DNA of 5,233 bases from Ostreococcus tauri (Eukaryota): contig CAID01000001.2 of NCBI GenBank assembly GCA_000214015.2, positions 770,208-775,440 on the forward strand. The letters run 5' to 3'. Every line of letters starts with the position of its first letter. Within the stretch, counting starts at the first letter, position 1. Positions 1-4,580 of this stretch are shown in pieces. The notes under the pieces were generated by a model. That model had not been told where the DNA came from and did no database searches. It saw only the letters and a list, made by a program, of their open reading frames with translations. Position numbers and translations under genes: made by a program.

Positions 1-67
1 CCGCCCCCCGCGCCGCGTCCTCGCGCTCGCGGTCGTCGTCGCCGAACGCGGACCACGGGTCGGACAT
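1..67 (-). CDS. Possible first 22 codons of a divergently transcribed gene that runs off the left edge
   Basis: There is a minus-strand ATG (plus-strand CAT at 65-67). My hand translation reads MSDPWSAFGDDDREREDAARGA and stays open to the window edge. Nearly every third codon position is G/C, as in the other genes here. The stretch is too short to assign a family. Confidence 0.3.
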   Translation of the reverse strand, partial: MSDPWSAFGDDDREREDAARGA

Positions 68-125
68 GTCCGGCGCGTCGACGCCGCCGTCGAGCGCCGT
101 CGACCGTCGTCGACGTCGAGCGCGT

Positions 126-194
126 CGCGGTGGTCGGACGTCGCGTGTCGAGTCCGTCGCGTGGTGACTCATGGCTCAAGACTCATGACTCAAG
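126..194 (+). promoter_or_regulatory. Upstream element copy R1, a putative shared or bidirectional promoter region between the minus-strand ATG at 67 and the plus-strand ATG at 243
   Basis: The 16-mer CGCGGTGGTCGGACGT (126-141) recurs at 1946-1961 with 15/16 identity. It is followed by CGAGTC (149-154) and two exact TGACTCA sites (165-171, 186-192). These sit within a 14-nt tandem duplication, ACTCATGGCTCAAG (167-180) and ACTCATGACTCAAG (181-194). Confidence 0.5.
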
Positions 195-242
195 GTGGCG
201 GCACGCGTCGCCGCGCGTCGCCGCGTGGGCGCGGCGCGCGCG

Positions 243-1811
243 ATGCATCGCCGACGACGCGTCGACGACGGCGGTGACGTCGAAGCCGCGGTCGAGCGCC
301 GCGCGTCGAGCGCGCAGGCGTCTCCGGCGGCGGCACCTTTTCGGCCGAGCAAAACGGTGATTACTTTCGCGATGACGACGGCGTTGGTGACGTTCGCGTG
401 CGTGAAGAATGACGTGTACGCGAAGATGCGGCATCCAGAATTTTACAAGACGGTCGATGCCGCTCGCGGCACCGCGCGTTGGGTCATCGAGGAACGCGTG
501 AGCGCGTGGAACGGCGTCGGCGCGCACGCGGCGGAGTTTCCCGACGAGTTTGGTTTGAGGCGGGTGCGAAGTATGTGCGACGACATCGCGCGAGGCTCGC
601 TCGGCGCCGCGTATTGGCCTTTGAACGTGAACTCGTCTGGATTTTCGGATTCGCGCGCGCTTTGCGAAGCGCTCGACGATTTACCGGGCGCGTTACGGTT
701 GCACACGTTGAAAACGCCGAGCGTCATGCGGCTCAAGTACGCCTTCGCAGCGAAAATACCGACGTTTAATCGCGGTTACGGCGTCGAGACTTACCTATCT
801 CGAGAGATTGCTCGAGGTCCATTCGCGGCGCGGTCGTACAAGGACGCGACGGCGCTCTTCATCCCTGTCAGACCGTACCTACAGCGACTGCTCACGGTTG
901 AAGCGTACGTCATGAGGGACCCGATTAAAGGGACGAACAACAACGCCGCGGTTCGTCAAGCGATTCGAGATAGACTATCTCGCGACATTGAGCGCGTGAA
1001 AGCGATGAACACCCAGGCGTGGACGTCCAAACACAAGTGCGCGCGCGTCGTCATTACAAATATAGACATTGGACTCTCGGCGTTTGATTCGTCCGATGAT
1101 GAAGTCCGACACGGTGCCGTCGTGCTAACTGGCAACTCCGAATTGCCGATACAAAATCCAGAAGACGCCAAAGACGACCAGGCGAAACTGAGAAGAGCGA
1201 ACGCCGTGCAAGCTGGTTTTGATCCAGATCGTGACGTCGCGATTTGGTTCGGGATGTCGAGTCATCTACCTCGCGAAGTCGTGCGCATGGGCGCGCTCAA
1301 ATCGACGAACGTAAGAACCATTGAAGTTTCATTTCGAGGATCCATGTATCGGGGAGGCGTGCGACGAGTCGTGTTTCCAACTTTAAAGCAAGCCGGGGCG
1401 GGAAGGGGGTGGGACTTGAGTACGAGCGGACAAGACAAGCCGCGAGACTACATGATGTTGCTGTCCAAAAGTAGGTATTGCCTGTACGTGTACGGCGATC
1501 GCGCGCACACCGCACGGTTGTACGATATTATCACATTTGGTTGCGTGCCCGTGATTGTTGCGGACGGCTATGATCTACCATTCAGTTGGCTCTTCGATTG
1601 GTCGAAATTCAGCGTGAGAGTGCCCGAAGACGACGTAGCGAAGTTGCCAGGAATCCTCGACCAGGCCGATTACGATTCTTTGCGCGGAGAGCTCGTGAAG
1701 GTTCATTCATTTTTTCAATACCACGCGCGTGGAAGTGTTTTTGGCGACGCGTTCTGGATTACCATGTTAGGCGTGCGGCGGCAGCTCGCGAAGTGCGCGA
1801 CAAGCGCGTAG
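243..1811 (+). CDS. Exostosin-like (GT47 family) glycosyltransferase, probably a type II membrane protein
   Basis: The ORF is uninterrupted in the 195-1811 frame. The C-terminal region SRYCLYVYGDRAHTARLYDIITFGCVPVIVADGYDLPFSWLFDWSKFSVRVPEDDV matches the hallmark exostosin/GT47 motif layout (FCL-x-GD ... R-x-D-x-I-x-GC-x-PV-I ... LPF ... W-x-x-F-S-V). I chose the start at the first ATG (243), which gives a basic tail followed by the hydrophobic stretch VITFAMTTALVTFACV as a possible signal anchor. ATG 372 is an alternative start. The track start at 195 is GTG. The stop is TAG at 1809-1811. Confidence 0.8.
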   Translation: MHRRRRVDDGGDVEAAVERRASSAQASPAAAPFRPSKTVITFAMTTALVTFACVKNDVYAKMRHPEFYKTVDAARGTARWVIEERVSAWNGVGAHAAEFPDEFGLRRVRSMCDDIARGSLGAAYWPLNVNSSGFSDSRALCEALDDLPGALRLHTLKTPSVMRLKYAFAAKIPTFNRGYGVETYLSREIARGPFAARSYKDATALFIPVRPYLQRLLTVEAYVMRDPIKGTNNNAAVRQAIRDRLSRDIERVKAMNTQAWTSKHKCARVVITNIDIGLSAFDSSDDEVRHGAVVLTGNSELPIQNPEDAKDDQAKLRRANAVQAGFDPDRDVAIWFGMSSHLPREVVRMGALKSTNVRTIEVSFRGSMYRGGVRRVVFPTLKQAGAGRGWDLSTSGQDKPRDYMMLLSKSRYCLYVYGDRAHTARLYDIITFGCVPVIVADGYDLPFSWLFDWSKFSVRVPEDDVAKLPGILDQADYDSLRGELVKVHSFFQYHARGSVFGDAFWITMLGVRRQLAKCATSA

Positions 1812-1911
1812 ACGACCCGTAGAGGCTCGCGAAGTGCGCGACGAGGACGTAGTCACCCCGCAGAGGCACACGAAGTGTACGACGAGCGCGTAGACACCCT
1901 GTAGAGGCACG
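1785..1911. repeat. 41-nt tandem repeat, 3 full units plus a 4-nt partial unit
   Basis: Unit 1 (1785-1825) is CTCGCGAAGTGCGCGACAAGCGCGTAGACGACCCGTAGAGG. Unit 2 (1826-1866) is CTCGCGAAGTGCGCGACGAGGACGTAGTCACCCCGCAGAGG. Unit 3 (1867-1907) is CACACGAAGTGTACGACGAGCGCGTAGACACCCTGTAGAGG, followed by CACG. By hand alignment, unit 1 matches unit 2 at 34/41 and unit 3 at 33/41. Confidence 0.85.
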
Positions 1912-1920
1912 TTTCGTTTC
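1900..1920 (+). terminator. Candidate 3'-end processing module of the GT47 gene (TGTAG-N6-GTTTCGTTTC)
   Basis: It has the same architecture and spacing as the TGTAA-N6-GTTTCGTTGTTTC module after the EXO1 stop at 4545-4568. TGTAG is a one-base variant of the green-algal TGTAA signal. It lies 89 nt after the stop codon. Confidence 0.3.
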
Positions 1921-1945
1921 AACCGCTCTCTGTCCGCGCGCGCCG

Positions 1946-2001
1946 TCGCGTCCGCCGCGGTGGTCGGGCGTTGGCCCCATCGACGAGTCACGACTCAGAG
2001 A
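1946..2001 (+). promoter_or_regulatory. Upstream element copy R2, putative promoter of the PRAT gene
   Basis: The sequence is CGCGGTGGTCGGGCGT (1946-1961), a 12-nt spacer, CGAGTCACGACTCAGAGA, then GAGTCTCACA (1992-2001). It is collinear with R3 at the same 12-nt spacing. About 67 nt with no ATG follow before the start codon at 2069. Confidence 0.5.
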
Positions 2002-2068
2002 GAGTCTCACACCTCCGTGCGATCGCGCGATCGCGTGACATCGCGCCCGCGCGCTCGCCCCGCGCGCG

Positions 2069-2521
2069 ATGGCGGACCCCGGGACGTGCGTCGAGCGCGT
2101 CACCGCGGCGTCGATGACCTCCGCGGCGTTCGGTGCGGTGGTCGGGTGCGCGCGCGCGGCGTGGGGGGCGGATGCGCCCGCGGTGGTGCGCGCGCGCGCG
2201 CTCCCGGCGGTGACGAAGACGGTGACCGCGCTCGCGGCGAGCGCGGCGCTGTTCGGTGCGATCGGTGGGACGTACGCGGGCGTGACGTGCGCGTCGGAGG
2301 AGGCGAGACAGTCGAGAGACGCGTGGAACGGGGCGCTGGGGGGGGCGATGAGCGGCGTCGTGGTAGGTTTGCGAAACGGCTCGCTCGCGCACGCGGCGAG
2401 CGCGGGCGCGGCGTTCGCCCTCGCCTCCGTCGCCGTCGACGCGAGCGGTCGGAAGATTTCTTTCGGTGATGAGTGGGAGGACGGGGCGACGCCGAAACGG
2501 ATCTCGATACCGTACCGATAG
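2069..2521 (+). CDS. Tim17/Tim22/Tim23-family (PRAT) small membrane protein, 150 aa
   Basis: It has a true ATG start and a GC3-rich frame. The segment GGTYAGVTCASEEARQSRDAWNGALGGAMSG satisfies the published PRAT consensus (G/A)x2(F/Y)x10Rx3Dx6(G/A/S)Gx3G exactly. There are about four Gly/Ala-rich hydrophobic segments. The stop is TAG at 2519-2521. Overlapping ORFs 1960-2469 (+), 1988-2575 (-) and 2100-2582 (-) are Arg/Pro-rich off-frame artefacts. Confidence 0.75.
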   Translation: MADPGTCVERVTAASMTSAAFGAVVGCARAAWGADAPAVVRARALPAVTKTVTALAASAALFGAIGGTYAGVTCASEEARQSRDAWNGALGGAMSGVVVGLRNGSLAHAASAGAAFALASVAVDASGRKISFGDEWEDGATPKRISIPYR

Positions 2522-2540
2522 CCGCGCGCGCGAACGCGCT

Positions 2541-2545
2541 TGTAA
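2541..2545 (+). terminator. TGTAA putative poly(A) signal of the PRAT gene
   Basis: TGTAA lies 20 nt after the stop codon. UGUAA is the dominant poly(A) signal described in Chlamydomonas and many other green algae. Whether it applies to this lineage is an assumption. Confidence 0.4.
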
Positions 2546-2555
2546 GACCAACCAC

Positions 2556-2603
2556 CGGACGTACCATGAAATCACGAGTCATGACTCAAGGACGAGTCTC
2601 ACA
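2556..2603 (+). promoter_or_regulatory. Upstream element copy R3, putative EXO1 promoter
   Basis: The sequence is CGGACGT (2556-2562), a 12-nt spacer, CGAGTCATGACTCAAGGAC, then GAGTCTCACA (2594-2603). It contains the perfect 12-bp palindrome GAGTCATGACTC (2576-2587) and TGACTCA (2582-2588). There is no ATG between 2604 and the start codon at 2703. Confidence 0.5.
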
Positions 2604-2702
2604 ACGTGCGTCGTCGTTCAAACCGCGCGCGGGCTGTCGCATCGTTCGACGCGCGCGCGTTCGTTCGCGCGCGCGCGAACGCGGGCGCGACGGCGCGCGT
2701 GG

Positions 2703-3689
2703 ATGGGGATCAGTGCCCTCTTACCCGCGCTCAAGTCCATCGAGCGCGCCGCGCACGTGGGTGACGCGTACGGGGGCGCAAAGGTGTGCGTCGATGCCTA
2801 CGTGTGGCTCCATCGCGGCGCCTACGCGTGCTCCAGGGAGCTGTGTGAGGGCGTGAAGACGACGAAACACGTCGAGTACTTCGTGAACAGGGCTCGTGGG
2901 TTGAGGCGAAGCGGCGTGGAGGCGGTGTTCGTGTTCGACGGCGGGCGATTGCCGGGAAAGGCGGCGGAGGAGGCGCAGCGGAGACGAAACAGACGCGAGG
3001 CGTTGGATAAGGCGAAGACGCACGCGAGGAACGGGAACGCGAGCGCGGCGAACGAGTGTTACGTTCGAGCGGTAGATGTGACGCCGGAGATGGCGAGGGA
3101 GGTGATTGAGGCGCTGGAAAGGGAGGGTTTCGAGTGTTTGACGGCGCCGTACGAGGCGGACGCGCAAATGGCGTATCTGGTGAAGCATGGATTCGTCTCG
3201 GCGGTGATCACGGAGGATAGCGATCTCATAGCGCACGGGTGCAAGAGCGTGTTCACGAAGATGAGTCCGGATGGTTCGGGGATCGAGATCCGGTTCGAGG
3301 AGTTGGGGAAGAACCGCGGGATGAGTTTCGTCGGTTTCACGCCGCAAATGTTTCTGGAGATGTGCGTGTTGAGCGGATGTGATTACCTCCCTTCGCTCGC
3401 GGGCGTCGGGCTGAAGAAGGCGCACAGTTTAATCCGACGGTTCAAGACGTATAACAAGGTCCTCCGTCACATGAAGTTTGAGGGGATATCGGTGCCGAAG
3501 GACTACGAGGCGCGCTTTGTGGACGCCTTGATGACCTTCAAATATTCGTGGGTGTACTGTCCAAAGAGACAGAAGTTGGTGAATCTGAACGATCCGGCGG
3601 GCGTTTTAGACGAGAAGACGATCGCGGACTTGCCACGACTCATCGGGGGTGTGCCACCCGCCAGAGATCGCGAGAGCGGTGGCGACTAG
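2703..3689 (+). CDS. EXO1: Exonuclease 1 (XPG/Rad2 family): N-terminal XPG-N and XPG-I nuclease domain, in the frame that ends at TAG 3687-3689
   Basis: It starts with MGISALLP, the family-typical MGI-x-x-LL N-terminus. The metal-binding acidic motifs are all present: CVDAYVW, FVFDGG, APYEADAQMAYL, VITEDSDLIA and LSGCDYLPS. It is collinear with human EXO1 as I recall that sequence. The 79-codon upstream extension in the track ORF (2466-2702) overlaps the previous gene and its 3' signal, so I reject it. Confidence 0.9.
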   Translation: MGISALLPALKSIERAAHVGDAYGGAKVCVDAYVWLHRGAYACSRELCEGVKTTKHVEYFVNRARGLRRSGVEAVFVFDGGRLPGKAAEEAQRRRNRREALDKAKTHARNGNASAANECYVRAVDVTPEMAREVIEALEREGFECLTAPYEADAQMAYLVKHGFVSAVITEDSDLIAHGCKSVFTKMSPDGSGIEIRFEELGKNRGMSFVGFTPQMFLEMCVLSGCDYLPSLAGVGLKKAHSLIRRFKTYNKVLRHMKFEGISVPKDYEARFVDALMTFKYSWVYCPKRQKLVNLNDPAGVLDEKTIADLPRLIGGVPPARDRESGGD

Positions 3690-4518
3690 CCAAGTGCACC
3701 CGATGACGTTTGAGGCGTTCGCGAGAGCGACTTCTGGTAAGTGTCCGGGACGAGTCTTTATGCAAGTTCTGCCGGTAACGAGCGCGCCCGCGTTGGATCC
3801 AGATCAAATTTGCGACGAGTTTAAGCGTCGGGAAGCACCGGCGGGAACGTCCGAGCCGTCGAAGGAAAGTGCCGCGTTCGCGAGCTTCCTCCGCGAAAAA
3901 CCGGAGGATGACGCGTACAGTTACAAGGCTGCACTCGTGCACACCGAGACTTCAAAAGCGGCGACAAAAACCATGAACCGATCGTTCTACGCCGCTCTGG
4001 ATGAGCACGAGAACACGGCGCCGAGCGATAATACCAGGCGACGCCGGAATAGTTTAGACTCGCGCCAAGTCGCAAACGAAGTGCCGACGGTTGTTCCCGA
4101 TTCGGTCGAGAGACCGACGCCAATGCAGCGTTCTCGACTGCCCAAAGACATCTCCAACGTCGGCGGTCGAATCGTCGCCGAGACGCCAATGGCGCCATCG
4201 TCGGTTAAGAGGAGTCCGTATTTCGCGAACGCTCCGTCGACGTCAAAGGCAGTCACGCCCTCGGTTCGGTCCTACGCCGCAATCGCCAAGGACTCCATAG
4301 ATCGCGTGAAGCGGAGTACCGAGAGTGAGTTCGGTGCGCCTCCGCCGCTGAATAAGCGAACGGAGCGCACGCCTACGAGAACGACGCCGATGCGCGCGGC
4401 TAAACAGTCGCGAACGACCACCTCCGCTTCACGACGAAACGGCAAACAGCGCGAGAGCGGTGACAGAAAGTTTTGGCAGATGTCACTCTTCGATACCTTT
4501 ACGTTCGACGGTAAGTAA
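3649..4518 (+). CDS. EXO1: Exonuclease 1 C-terminal region, read in the +1 frame relative to the nuclease domain (continuation of the same gene across a 1-nt frame break)
   Basis: The 289-codon ORF is open from 3610. HPPEIARAVATSQVHPMTFEAF corresponds to the segment just after the nuclease core in EXO1 (human ...SIALQIALGNKDINTFEQ, from memory). AAFASFLREKPEDD resembles human KFATFLQRKNEES. The rest is a Ser/Thr/Pro/Arg-rich, disordered-type tail ending in a PIP-like QMSLFDTF. The stop is TAA at 4516-4518. Confidence 0.75.
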   Translation: MCHPPEIARAVATSQVHPMTFEAFARATSGKCPGRVFMQVLPVTSAPALDPDQICDEFKRREAPAGTSEPSKESAAFASFLREKPEDDAYSYKAALVHTETSKAATKTMNRSFYAALDEHENTAPSDNTRRRRNSLDSRQVANEVPTVVPDSVERPTPMQRSRLPKDISNVGGRIVAETPMAPSSVKRSPYFANAPSTSKAVTPSVRSYAAIAKDSIDRVKRSTESEFGAPPPLNKRTERTPTRTTPMRAAKQSRTTTSASRRNGKQRESGDRKFWQMSLFDTFTFDGK

Positions 4519-4544
4519 TATTCGACTCGCGCGGGCAAGGCGCG

Positions 4545-4568
4545 ATGTAACAGATTGTTTCGTTGTTT
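4545..4568 (+). terminator. TGTAA-N6-GTTTCGTTGTTTC putative poly(A) signal and downstream element of EXO1
   Basis: TGTAA (4545-4549) lies 27 nt after the stop codon and is followed by a GT-rich tract at 4556-4568. The interval is locally AT-richer than the rest of the window. Confidence 0.45.
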
Positions 4569-4575
4569 CTATGAA

Positions 4576-4580
4576 TTACA
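4576..4580 (-). terminator. TGTAA putative poly(A) signal of the convergent minus-strand gene
   Basis: Plus-strand TTACA at 4576-4580 reads TGTAA on the minus strand. It lies 31 nt after the minus-strand TGA stop at 4611-4613. Confidence 0.4.

Noticed and set aside
61-72. A perfect 12-bp palindrome, CGGACATGTCCG, contains GGACATGTCC, which matches a metazoan p53 half-site.
   Set aside because: p53 is not expected in a green-algal or non-metazoan context. The palindrome simply spans the ATG/CAT of the possible divergent start codon. A single short palindrome carries little statistical weight.
130-527. ORFs 130-360 (+) and 183-527 (-) overlap the promoter region and the 5' end of the GT47 gene.
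   Set aside because: Both start at non-ATG codons and are Arg/Ala/Ser-rich with no recognisable motif. Both overlap the better-supported 243-1811 frame. This is typical off-frame openness in stop-poor, GC-rich DNA.
1960-2582. Three long ORFs (1960-2469 +, 1988-2575 -, 2100-2582 -) overlap the PRAT gene.
   Set aside because: Their translations are extreme Arg/Pro/Gly low-complexity sequence, which is what you get from reading GC3-rich codons out of frame or in antisense. Only the 2069-2521 frame has a real ATG and a family motif.
2466-2702. A 79-codon N-terminal extension of the EXO1 ORF appears in the six-frame track.
   Set aside because: It overlaps the end of the PRAT gene, its TGTAA signal and promoter element R3. 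XPG/FEN1-family nucleases begin directly with the conserved MGI motif, which is found at 2703.
2721-3425. A 234-aa antisense ORF and a 93-aa ORF (3059-3340) lie opposite the EXO1 nuclease domain.
   Set aside because: They are antisense to a strongly supported conserved domain. Their products are Arg/Leu/His-rich with no motif. I treat them as shadow ORFs.
3634-3757. There are internal matches to the promoter element inside EXO1: CACGACTCA (3634-3642, as in R2) and GGACGAGTCT (3748-3757, as in R3). They hint at an internal promoter for a separate downstream gene.
   Set aside because: The two pieces are about 105 nt apart rather than contiguous, and the CGG(A/G)CGT and GAGTCTCACA parts are missing. 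The downstream ORF also carries EXO1-like sequence from 3655, which is upstream of any such start. I note it only as something transcription start mapping would settle.
3640-4538. Minus-strand ORFs 3640-3942, 3821-4198, 3987-4256 and 4272-4538, and plus-strand ORF 4091-4300, overlap the EXO1 tail.
   Set aside because: They are short and mutually overlapping, with no recognisable motifs. They are less parsimonious than the single 289-codon + frame that carries EXO1-like segments.
4511-4552. A consensus donor GTAAGT overlaps the EXO1 stop codon (GACG|GTAAGTAA), suggesting a terminal intron.
   Set aside because: The only nearby acceptor (AACAG at 4548-4552) would give a 42-nt intron that removes the TGTAA signal. 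It would add 27 non-conserved-looking codons running into the convergent gene. A PIP-like box next to the stop also fits a genuine C-terminus. RNA-seq could still overturn this.
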